NCBI GenBank assembly: GCA_904063045.1
Contig: CAJFCJ010000006.1
Coordinates: forward strand, 994,677-1,058,676
Source: Dimorphilus gyrociliatus
Taxonomy: Eukaryota > Animalia > Annelida
DNA length: 64,000 nucleotides
Reading direction: 5' to 3'
Under the pieces are notes generated by a model, which saw only the letters and a program-made list of their open reading frames with translations, was not told the origin of the DNA and did no database searches. Below are positions 1-12,000 of this stretch, one piece after another; position 1 is the stretch's first letter; each line of letters opens with the position of its first letter. The position numbers and the translations under genes were made by a program.

Positions 1-17
1 TTCTATTTCTATAAAAG

Positions 18-3000
18 TATATATGAGAAGAGCTATTTTACATGCTTTTGATTCTAAATTACCAAGAACACTTTATCCCCGACTTGGTGCTCCCCTAAAG
101 TTATCATGTACACCTCCGAGATCTTATCCCAAAGCAGATATTTTTTGGGCTCTTGTATCAGAGAACGATTTTTTTGTTCCGATTGAACTAACTCAAAGAA
201 TAACGATGGATCCTGATGGAAATTTGTACATTACTGCTGTTGAGGAAGGGGATAAGCAAAATGGACTAATTTGGGCATGCATGGTTAAAAACGAACTTAT
301 GCGAGAAACTAGACAAGGCGAATACAAGAAAGTACAGCCTTTGACTGGTCAAGTTCAACTAGGATCACCTACAGTTCTTTATCATCATCCTAGAACACAG
401 GTTTGTCAGTTAAAATATTTTATTTTGTAAATAATTATTAAAGACATTATGAAAGATTGCTCTGAGAGGAGAAACGTGGAAGATTAAGTGTATATTTGGG
501 GGTAATCCAACACCTCACATCAACTGGCATAGAGCTAATGAGCCACTTCCTGATAGGCATAAATTAGAGAGTTTTGGTCAAGAATTAGTCATAAATGACA
601 TTCGAGAAAGTGATAATGGAGTTTATCAATGCTCTGGAATCAATTCCAATAGTATAAGGCCTGAAAGATTTTCATTTGATTTAAAGGTAGAGGCTGCTCC
701 GTATTGGGTGAATAAACCAATTTCACAAGAGATTGCTGAAAATGAACGAGCTGAATTCCTTTGCCTGGGAAACGGTAAACCAGATGTCGAGTACTTTTGG
801 TTTATAAACGACAAGAAATTAGTCGACGCTCCTGCTAATCCTAATAGATTTGTGTCTAAAAATAAAATGATCTTTACAAATGTTACAAAAGATGATATTC
901 AAGTCATCGCTTGCAACGTTACAAACACGCACGGTTATGTTTTCGCTAGTGCTTACCTCAATGTTCAAGTTGAACCTCCACATATCCGAAGGGCACCGAA
1001 AATTGGAATGAAATCTGCTGAGGGTCAAACAATCGACCTAACTTGCGAAGTTTATGGAAGTCCAAAACCTTTAGTTATTTGGTACAAAGGACAAGAACAG
1101 CTAACCGGAGGAAGATTTGAAATTCTACCAGAAGGGCATTTGAGAATAATAGATGTCAGTTTAGTTGACGCAGGATCGTATAGATGTTACGCGGAAAATA
1201 ATCTTGGAAACACAACAGCTGAAGGTACTCTAATTGTACGAAGAAAGACAATGATAAGAATTGCTCCGCAAGATGTAGCTGTTTATGAAGGTACTGAAGC
1301 AAAATTTACTTGTTCAGCAAATACAGATTCTGAAGAAGTGAAGAACCTTAGGATTAGATGGAAAAAAGATAATGCATTCATCGACTTCGAAGAAGCCCAA
1401 AGACTGTTCCAAAACACAATGGATAACTCATTAACAATATCTGGAACGATATCCTTAGATACAAGTAAATATACCTGTGTTGCTGATAACGGTTTAGATT
1501 CTGATGAAAAAAGTGCACAATTAGTTGTACAAGGCCGTCCAGAACCTCCAACAGAGGTTTCAGTCATTTGTAGATCAAGCACGCAAGAATTAGAAGAAAA
1601 TCAAGTAAAAATAAGCTGGCAAGCTCGAAAGGAAAATTACGCTCCTATTCTTAATTACATTGTCCAATATAACACAAGTTTTACACCTGATAATTGGGCT
1701 AATATTGAGACAAACATAAGCCAAACACAGGATAATATTAAAGTTTTCCTAAGTCCTTGGAGTAATTATACATTCCGAGTATTGGCTAGAAATAAGATCG
1801 GTATATCCGAACCTTCTATGCATTCGCGTGAAATGTGTTTTATCGAAGAAGATATACCAGATAAAAACCCCGATAATGTATTAGGAGAAGGTGATGCTCC
1901 GCGGAACCTGATCATTTTTTGGACTCCAATGCCTCAAATTGAGCACAACGCTCCCAACTTCAAATATGTTGTAGAATTCCAGCGTGCTGACATTGCAAAT
2001 TCAAAAGTTTACAGATACAATGTAGAAGACTGGTGGGAAAATCACTTTCGAGCTGGCGATGAGTTACCCTCATACACACCATATAATATAACCGTCAGAG
2101 CTGTCAATCGAAAAGGCCCCTGTGAAAAACAACCTGCTATCGTTACAGGATATACGGGAGAAGAAAGACCAACAGTTCAAGTTGGAACAATAACAATTGA
2201 TGAATCTTCTATAACAGATTCTACGGCTGAACTTCAATGGAAACAAGTCGACACTAGACCTGAAGTTATCAGGGGTTTCTTTCGAGGCTATAGAATTCAG
2301 TTCTGGCAAGAAGGATCAATGGAGGACACTATAAGAGAGCAAGACTTTATTCTGCGAGAAGGTGAAAGTCGTGTACAACCCAGAATCCGCACACAATTCG
2401 TATCGCGTTCAAAGAGATCACTCAAGTCTGAAGTGAAAGCTAAACTTACTCATTTGCTTCCAAATTCCAAAATTGTCTGTAGGGTTCTTGTTCTCAATAG
2501 ATATTATGCAGGTGATCCAAGCTCAGAAGTTACTTTTAATACAAAACCAGGCAAACCCGGACCTCCATCTACGTTCAATATAGCCAATCGAGGTTCTACA
2601 CACATTGAACTACGTTGGACTAAGCCCAGAGAAGTAAACGGTGAACTTGTTGGTTATGATATCAGTTACCAAATTGTTAAAGATCTCAATTTGGGTAGAT
2701 TGCAATTTCGTGAACAAGTATCCGATCCTGAAGCTAATTTTGTCAGATTAACTGGTCTGAGACCAGAGACAAACTATAGAATATATTTATACGCAGTAAC
2801 AAAAGCAGGAAGAGGAGAGCCTATATTCCTCGATATGACAACGATTCCGGCATCGAGACCATATCCCCCTACATTCTCTATTATGGCAGTCGGTCGAACT
2901 TTTGTAAATCTGACATTCGAACCATCTCGAATTGGAAACCCCGGAAGTGTCTTCTATCCACAATATAGAATAAGAGGTTTCTATCATTGGACTCATGCTC

Positions 3001-3585
3001 CTGACGAAGTAATAGATTTCAACGCATATATCGGTGATCTTGAGCCAGGAACAACGTATCAGATTAGAATGATGTCAAAGAATGGTGAAACATTCGAGAG
3101 TGCTAGCGAATACCAAGAATTTAGGACGGATGGTACTCGAGAAGGGAAAGCATCAGTTAGTCATGGCTGGCATATTGGGCTATGGCTTGGTCTAATTGCA
3201 ATAGTAGCATTGCTTGTAGCCTTTGTAATTGTTAAAAAGAAAACAGACGTTTGGTGGACGAAAAAAGAAGGAGAAATAGATGATGAAATCCGAGCTTTAC
3301 AATCTAGACAAGCAGCTGAACAATTGAACGAAGGTTTGGGGAATCAGTATAGTGAAGGGTAAGAGTTTTTTTGCATTATACAATAATATACTCAAACTAT
3401 CATACTTCCATCACAGGGCAAGTAGAGATTACGATGACTATTCAATATCGGAATATAAAGGTGATCAATACGAGTATCCGCCAGAAACACCCGTATCGGG
3501 ATACGCACCATCCTACGATTTCGATCAACCACCAAACACGCAACAAAATCAAGAATCCGAAAAGAAGGGTTCAACTTTTGTCTAG
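18..3585 (+). CDS. Nrg: L1-family cell adhesion molecule (neuroglian/NrCAM-like), 3' part; 5' end lies outside the window
   Basis: Exons ~18-400, 456-3358 and 3417-3585 are joined by in-phase GT-AG introns of 55 and 58 bp. The protein has consecutive Ig domains (CIFGGNPTPHINW; FLCLGNGKPDVEYFW; DAGSYRC), five FnIII repeats (VRAVNRKG; IYLYAVTKAGRG), a TM helix (WHIGLWLGLIAIVALLVAFVIV) and a tail ending GSTFV. Confidence 0.93.
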
Positions 3586-4706
3586 ACATTGTCTTTTTAT
3601 ATATTGTTCATAGCTCTTTTAATACGTTATTTTGATTTGATGATTTTTAAGACTATTACTCTTTTTTTCTTTAAAAAAAAAGCCACAATGTTTTTTTGTT
3701 TTCTAATATAAATTTTATTCCTTATTTTCTCTATATACTGTACATTTTACCTATAAAGACATGCATATTGTTCAACCAGGAGAGAGGGATGAGACAACGC
3801 CATCTAACGGAATATTAGTTTCCGTAGTTTATTTATTTAGAAGGTTTACGCTAGTTTCTGAGAAAAGTTATAGTGTTTTTTGTATATATATATATACAAT
3901 ATATATGCATGGAAAATATTTAATAGATTTATACTTTAATAAGAAAAGAGGCTAGCGATTCTATTTTTAATGATTTACATCTATTTTTAATTTCCTTGCG
4001 TAATCGTATATAATTTAGCTATTTAGATATATACGAGAATGCAAGCATTGCGAAATATTGTTTGCGTTAGTGTGTGTATTATGCATTATCTACAAACTGG
4101 GATAATGCGGGAAACCTGGATATTTTCTAACCGTGAAATGGCCCACATATCGTGTTTTTGTATGATTCGGGATATAAACTCTTAGTTTTTGTGCTAAAAA
4201 TATAAGAAAGTACCGTATGATGCTATCAAAACGGGTTTTTTTTGTTGTAAAAGTAACCTTTTTATTGTTTGAAATTGAAAGGGGAAGCAGATCAAAAGTA
4301 AATTCTTCTTTCTTCTACCAACAAAAAACGACTTTCACTTTGACACTTGAACATCCATCCATTAATAAGTTTACTATAGATGGCGCAAATCCGAAATCAA
4401 GTATCTCGATATATTTATATCTGTATAAATAGTCATTCGAAACCGTGTCACCGAGGAAAAATGAGTACAAGAGGTTTTTTCAACTATTTTGCAGTCACGT
4501 ATGATATTCTCTGGTTATTGTTGAATTAGAAAGCTATAGAGTTCAAACAAATTTTTAAATTTATTAGCCTAGTGACCTCGTCTCTTTTAACCCCTCTTCC
4601 TTCTTCTTTTTTCACTCTCCATAAATTTTACTTAACGCATTCCACGTAGGTGAAGAGTTTTCTTTTAGACACTTAGAAGGTCGTTTATCATTTACAAAGT
4701 ATTACC

Positions 4707-5038
4707 TCAAGCTGTTTCGGTAGCTTGACAATGAATAATTTAACGCGTATTCTTTCTTAAATCAATGATAATTTACCCCTTTGGTGAGCGCTTATCTAAC
4801 TCTGTTTGATTGAGACCGCTTCTAATATACACCTAATTGGTACGATCGTACTCAATAGGCCTAATAAAAAAGTAAAAGGCCCCCGTAGGGAGCAATTGCT
4901 CAACCGCAGTTGGAAAGCTGCCTGAAAGGGTACCGGTCTACTATCGACGCATGCGCCATTCAATCTTGAGCGAAATTTCGCGCCACTCGCCCGGAAGGCA
5001 CGGAGAGTGAAAGGCAAAAGTCTACGGACAAGGTTTTT
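4707..5038 (+). other. GC-rich palindromic/structured non-coding block (candidate structured ncRNA or CpG-rich promoter/enhancer)
   Basis: GC-rich island in an AT-rich intergenic region. It has a hairpin with a UUCG loop (4707-4728), stems with GGAA and GAAA loops (4906-4930), long-range pairing 4883-4888/5022-5027 and T5 at 5034. It also has NRF1-, E2F- and ETS-like motifs. Confidence 0.4.
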
Positions 5039-6099
5039 AATGGAAGTTTTTAATCTAACAATAGTGGAAAAAGAATTGTTGATGAAATAATTGAGAAAAG
5101 TAAAACGTAAGTGGTCGTTGCGTGCGTTGTTAAACTGTTTATACAATGTATTAGAAAAATATAAAAGAATGAAAACAGGAAATGTTTTTTTATTTAATAA
5201 AAGCCTATATAGACTATATAGTAGAAAGTAAAGCGACAGAAACGCAACTACCAGCCCCAAATGATTTTCAAACATACAATTAAGTGACTTGTGTAAATCG
5301 GACTTATGCAAGTAAATTTGCTTTTGGCAGTTTGGCGCCGATACATTCGAAAGTTCGAATTATTTATAAACTTGAATATATATATATATATATATGCCTT
5401 GTATCTACTTAAAAAAAACTAGGAGCAACGAATTCCTAGTATCGACTTTGCATATTATTGCTATTCTAACAACTTTCGTCCAGGTAAGTTTTAAAAGCTT
5501 AAATTTGTTTGTTTCTATTTTTGGAAAAGGGAGATTTTTTTTAATTGCATTGTATTTTTCCTGTTTTTGGTATTAAAGTTATATTGTAGTACCATCAGCT
5601 GTGGCTGTAACTATATATATATATAGTATATATATTTATACACTGTATATATTTAGAAATATCATTGTCATACAAAGGTGTGTTCACCCGCAAACTAGTG
5701 CAGTGTATTTATGAAAACGGTATACGCTACCTAGATGTATATATATATATATATATGTACATATAGATATATATAGACTACACAGTCCCCTATCATTATT
5801 GCCGGACAAACGAAATTAACGAATCCCTAAAAGTGAAATTTGCAATCTGACACGTGTTGCAGTCACGGAACCGTATGATTGCCATGAATTCACCACTCAA
5901 AACAAACAAGTGTCAAAGGTCTATTTAGTTAATAGGAAAAGAAGTTAAGATATTGTGGTGAATTGAATAGTGAACATACATGAACTATATACATACTTTT
6001 GTACAGGCAAAGGAAAGTCAATCAGGATTTTATAGAGAAAGAAAGGGACACAAAGAACTTGATCAATAACGCTCAATATAAACCGTAAAAGCCGGCCTA

Positions 6100-9000
6100 A
6101 TGGCAAGTAATCAGGGATCCGTAAGACCGTCCGCTTTCCAAAGAGTGGGGGCCTTCAGGTATTCGACAGGTTTTCGATATAGAGATAGCTTGGACATAAA
6201 CTGTTTAGAAAGAGAAAAACCTTTGTGCACTTCGACGCCCAATGGAACTCTTAACAATAAACCTCGAATACCCCCTCGAACATACAGAAAGAAAACTTTT
6301 CAACCAGTTGTGCTGAGCAATACTGCTCCGGAACCTCGCCTGTTCCAAGAAGTTGAGTCCAGCTATGAAAATATTAGACGAACATGCAATCAATTATTTA
6401 AAACGTCTTTCAACTCAACTTCCTCCTGCCGCACCAGCATTAGACAAACTTCGCTGTTGGGCTCTTATAGAGGAAACATATCTCATTCATCGTCAGACGG
6501 CGTGCCAAGGGATCGTTCTCCTTACATTGATGGTATGTAGAACATTTTAAAATCTATAATTTGCTCTTCTTTCTGTCTTGTTCTCTCCTCCCCCTTACCC
6601 CTTTCCTTTTAAGGATGGCACGTGTCATCTATGCGCAGCTGGGGGTCGGAATGAAACGGCTCGTTGAATTGATGTAGTAGTAATTATTGTCCGACGTAAG
6701 CACGTGTCGTTGTTTTTTGTCGTGCAACATTTTATTTTCTGCAAATTCATTTACTGCAGCATATTTCAAAGTAATGTCTTTTTTATGTTATTTTTTTCCG
6801 CCAAAACGTTTTATTCAATTCTTTTCCACGTCACATAATGTTTTAACGTTGAGTGAATGTGAAAAGTTGTTAAAGTGATAAATCCGATAATTACACCCTG
6901 TTAATGAGGTTGTATTCAGAAGATGGTGAATAACTATGTGAGATAATATCGTGCCATTGCGTGTGTTCAAGTGCCGGATTCAACTACGTTTTCGTACAAA
7001 AGATTACGTTTAGATTCTCTATATTCGCCGGTGCGTAACAAAGCTCGTCGAATGTTACGTCATCGGATACAATGACACAACCCTAGCACGCGACTCTTAC
7101 GAGCGCTTGATCGGAAATTTGATTGCTTAGGAACATATTTCAAACGAAAAATTATACCGTGAATAACTAATCTTCCGTTCAAGTCTCAAATAGCAAATAC
7201 AACATATGCAAGATTATATAAATAATAAAGGAAATGAAATTCAATGACCGTAAAAAAAAAAGCATAAGTCGTTGACAATTTTTTGAATAGAATGCAACAA
7301 CACCAAGTTTTTGTGATGAAAATTGTTTAAATTCATTCTTTTTCTACACTTGGATTTCCTTCCTTTTGGCCTTTTTTTTCTTCTCATAAATTCTAGTAAC
7401 CTTACTATTTCCGCTGATAACGACATTGCTATGCGCAACGACATATATTAACTAAAGAAATTAGGTAAATGTTATAAATTGTCTATCAAAGTGTCATAAC
7501 AGCTGGCAAACCGACCCGAACATTGAATGTTTGCCTTCCGTGAAAGGCGATTATAATAATACGCAAGCAATTAAGACATAAAGGGAGTTATTAAGAAGAT
7601 GAAAAGAAATAGGATCAAGGAGAATCAACAATCATATTGCCGTTCAATTCAATTCGCGTATTTTTCAATCTGTCTCTAACTCTTACTCTATACATTTGTG
7701 TACATTGTTTATTACTAAACTATAGGAAGTAGCTCGATGTCAGTCATATTGAAAATCCACAATTTTTTCATATTAACAACTCCACCCAAAAGTGTAAGTG
7801 TAGGGAAAAAATATTAATTAAGTGAATTAAGGCCTGTCAGCAAACTATACTGTATTGTCCAAAAAAAAAAAAATGTACGGACAAAACATAATGTGATAGC
7901 GGTTAATCTTATGGTCTTATTGTTTTCGGAATTAATGTGTTCGTAAAAAGGCTATGGAAGAGTTTAGAAAACGATCTTATACCACTTCGTCTGCTCTTGA
8001 ACGTCTCAAAGATCAGGGTCAACAGTCGAAGTGGCTTTCCGGTAAGATATAGAATCATCCTATGCGTAGAAAGCTCGCTTTTTATTGATATTCAATAAAT
8101 GAACTATCTGCATCTGCGCCACATTTCTGTGGAGCAGTTGAAATGAGAACAGTGAAAAAAAGGCACGCTCTCTCTATAAGTTGTCTGAATAAATCTTTTT
8201 CCTGTTGGAGAATTCGCCTTAGAACCCGTTGTTCCAGACGTATTCATAATAGAACTATAGTTTGTATAACATTTTTCAAGTGCTGCTTGATTCAATCGAA
8301 CCCAAGTGAATGGGGGTCGTGTGATAGTCTCTATACTGGCAATACGGATAAAGTTGAAGAAAGGGCACGTCCTATATCTAATTTCTCTTCTTCAGAAGAT
8401 GATATATTTGATGATAGAATGGAAGTCATATGGAAAAGGTGGCTAGCGTCACACGAAACGGACGCTTTTTTGCCATCTAACTGTTCATCATCAACAGCCG
8501 CTTCTTGGCCGGAAAAGATTAACAGTGTCCCGGACTTTTTAGTCCCAATCGGTGGGCCAGAATTTTCAATTAAATTAGGGTTAACTACTTGCATTGAAAT
8601 ATATCTTTGTACCGTGCTATTCTAAGTACAAGGGCGAAGGAAGGCAGCTGTATTTGATTTGAGATTAAGTATTTGTATTTCGTTCCTTCACAGATGAAAG
8701 ACTGGATACTATACGCCCTCTCACGTCTATCAGGAGTAGTATGACAAGCGTTCAGAGGAAAAAGGCGAAGACATATGTTGATAAATGCGCCATCTGTGGT
8801 TTTGCTGTGGGAATTGACCGAGTAACAACGAGGGATGATTTGTACCATACTTCCTGCTTTAAATGTACCAGGTATAAATGCTAATTAACTACGAAATGTC
8901 ATTGATAACGACTACCTATCCACTAAACTCTAGCGGCTGTTATATTTCTTTTCTTTTGAGGTTACTTGCTTGTTTTCAAAGAAATTTTTATGAAATAGGT

Positions 9001-12000
9001 TTATACGAGATTTTAATATTCCCAAAAACCTACTTTAGTATATAATAATGCATATTTGATAGATACATCATATTAATATTAAAGGTAGAAAATACTCTTA
9101 GTAGAATACTCAAAGAAACATACGTAAATTTATAGGCTGGAGATGACGTACACAGACTTAGCTTACATACTAAAAAGGATGTTAACTCCATAAGACGCAC
9201 ACACATATATATATATATTGCATATATACACGGAAAAAAATGCAGTACAGTTGCGTACATTTACTTGTTAGCACAGAATCACACAACATGTATATCTATA
9301 TATTATTGGATACAATCAAACATATTCCGTGTCCTATTCCTTTATATAACATTATAGTATATCAAAAATATATAAAGCATATACATATACAGTATATACA
9401 GCATAATATAATTTATATAGTATATGTGAATATATATATATATATATATACTGTATACTGTATGTAGGTCGCATTATACAGACGACGACGTCAGATGCGA
9501 CGACGTCGGTGCAGTGCCGGTGCATTTTCGTTGGCGAAGCGTTTGGCAGTGAGACGCTCTTCAAAGACAATTAATTAGACAGGGAACGAAAAAAAGATAA
9601 CAAAAATTTACTGTACTTTAGTAAAGAAATCGTAACGTATGTGAAGGTTTTAAATTTGATGGATAACTTCTATTATTGCTTTCTTGTGGAAGGGGAAGAT
9701 GGGGACGATGAAGAGTATATATACATTTATTTATATTTTATATTAATACATTTATAAATATATATATATATATATATATAAATTTATATACAGTATATAT
9801 ATGTATTCTAATTTGACTTGTATAGTACGCATTTATAAACTATTATATTATTTTTCTTAAGATATTGATTACCTATTGATATTATATCATATAATTTATT
9901 GTACTTTATTTTTATTATAAAGATTATACATATTTAGTTAAATAGATATTTAATATAGAGAATTTATTATACTATCCCATATTTGTTTTTTTTGCAAAGC
10001 TCTATATTCTATATATATACATTTATATATATATATATTTTTATATTGCCATATGCAACTTCTTTTTCCTAAAGTAACTTAATTATAGTTTTATTATGGC
10101 TGTCTCATTTTTTTCAGGTGCGACGTTTCTTTGTCAATTCGTAATTATAGGTAAGATATTTTTTCTTAAAATTTTTTATTATGAAAAAATTATTGATAGT
10201 CTGTCTATTCGCCTGTCTCTTCGTCTGTCCCTTTCTCCATTTCTCTTTGTATGTCTTGCTGTCTTTCCCGCACGCTCATTCATTCATTCATTTCTGTATG
10301 TTTCTATCTGTCTTCTTCCTTACTTTCATTCATTATTTCCCTTATAAACCTACGTACAAACATACGCACACGTACACAGATATTTAACTATCCTACATAC
10401 ATAAATGGATACAATGTTTCTATTCTCTCTTTTTCTCTCTATTTCCTATTGAATGAAACAAGAGAAAGCGCGATTGAAATGAGAGAAATGAAATAAAGTT
10501 GTGAATATGTTAGTGTGAATAAGTTTACGCAACGACAAGATGATGCAACATTTGTCAGGCTTCGAAGCTCATCCATGAGAGACGTAGTTTTTGACAGCTT
10601 TCTCATGAGTAGATGATGTCCAAGTAATTCCAACGGAAAATAACATATAATAACACTTAGGCCTAAGTGTCGTGCAAAATATATTTTAACTGGAAGCGAC
10701 AAGAACGTGACTATACTGTACCATATGGAAGTAGCTCCGATGCCAACAGTCGCGTACATATTCGTACATGTGCCTTACATAGATGTCATATAGAATTTCT
10801 TTAGTTTCGTTGAAAAAACTAATTGAGTCTATTAATCCTGAACTATGACTATCTAATTATTGCCCAATTGATATCATATATCGTGTATAGACCTCTTTTG
10901 ATTTTTCTACTTTTAGTGTCACCAGTAATTAAGATCAATTTCAAAGTTACGTACAGCTCTTGCGTATTTTACCCCCTTTTGCAGTTGAAATTTGCTAGAA
11001 AAACGCTAGGTGTCGCTGACCAAAAATATACATAGTTCGATCTCTAAAAGCTTAGTCATCCCTGTAAATCATCATATAGTGTGGTATTAGAGGCATTTAG
11101 ATCAATACGGCAGTCGAGCCAAGTCACACTCTATACCACAACAGAAGGGGAAAATAAATCTGAAGAATGAAATCTTTAGTTTCGCCGCCAACTGCCCTCA
11201 ATTGAGCTGTGAAGCGGATTGAAGATCAAACGGAATTTTTTATTAGGCCTACGTAGGCAAAGAGGATTATCACCAACCATATACAGTACATTTATATATA
11301 TATATATATATATAGTATATATAATAATAATAATATTATAGTATTTTTTTAAAGTTAAAAATAGCATATTCCATACATTTTTAATACAAAATTTAATTTT
11401 AAGCATAAATAGTAAGTAGATATATTAGTATGTAAATATACATACATAGTTATACATATACGTACAACAAGTATATTTGTATATATATATATATATATAT
11501 ACTTTATACACGTGTGTATTTATATTATATGTATTTATATGGAACTTCCAAGACTAGTAAAGATATTTTTATTTCTTAAGGAATTAACTAAAAGACTATA
11601 TATATTGACATGAATAATCATATATAAATATACTATATATAAATATATATATATCCAGATAAATATAAAAAAAATATATGACGACTGTATTGGGTTATGT
11701 TATTCAAGATTTGTACATTTAGTATGATTTGTTTTTCCGCATTTCGACTATAATATTGTTAAATATTGATTGATTAACGGATGAAGTTTCTATAATGCTG
11801 TCCTGTGTACGAAAACGTAAAATAACGGATTATGCTCCATTATGTAAACTGTCCGATAGACAGAAGTGTTCTTGCCATCCTACGCAGGCGTCACTTCAAT
11901 ACAGACGTTCGTTTAAGGACTGGTGGCGTTTTCACATTCGTAGGTTTGTCAATTTTTTCCTTATTGTTCTTTTGTAGTTCGTTTTGTCACTGTTATTGAT

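Noticed and set aside
4672-4866. RNase P/MRP-like CR-I (GAAGGTC) and CR-V (CAATAGGCCTAA) words
   Set aside because: The predicted P4 helix gives only ~5 bp and the other conserved regions are missing.
4104-4912. Group I intron P/Q-like words (AATGCGGGAAA at ~4105 and AACCGCAG at ~4902)
   Set aside because: They are 800 bp apart in AT-rich DNA, no R/S (P7) elements were found, and there is no rDNA context.
4796-5311. 171-aa minus-strand ORF
   Set aside because: Most of it is low-complexity F/L/N/K translation of AT-rich DNA, with no recognisable domain or splice structure.
6614-6677. Possible exon after the first Rap1GAP exon
   Set aside because: It hits a stop in the required phase, and I found no compatible donor in the alternative frame.
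8331-8848. Minus-strand ORFs of 87 aa
   Set aside because: They are antisense shadows of plus-strand Rap1GAP exons.
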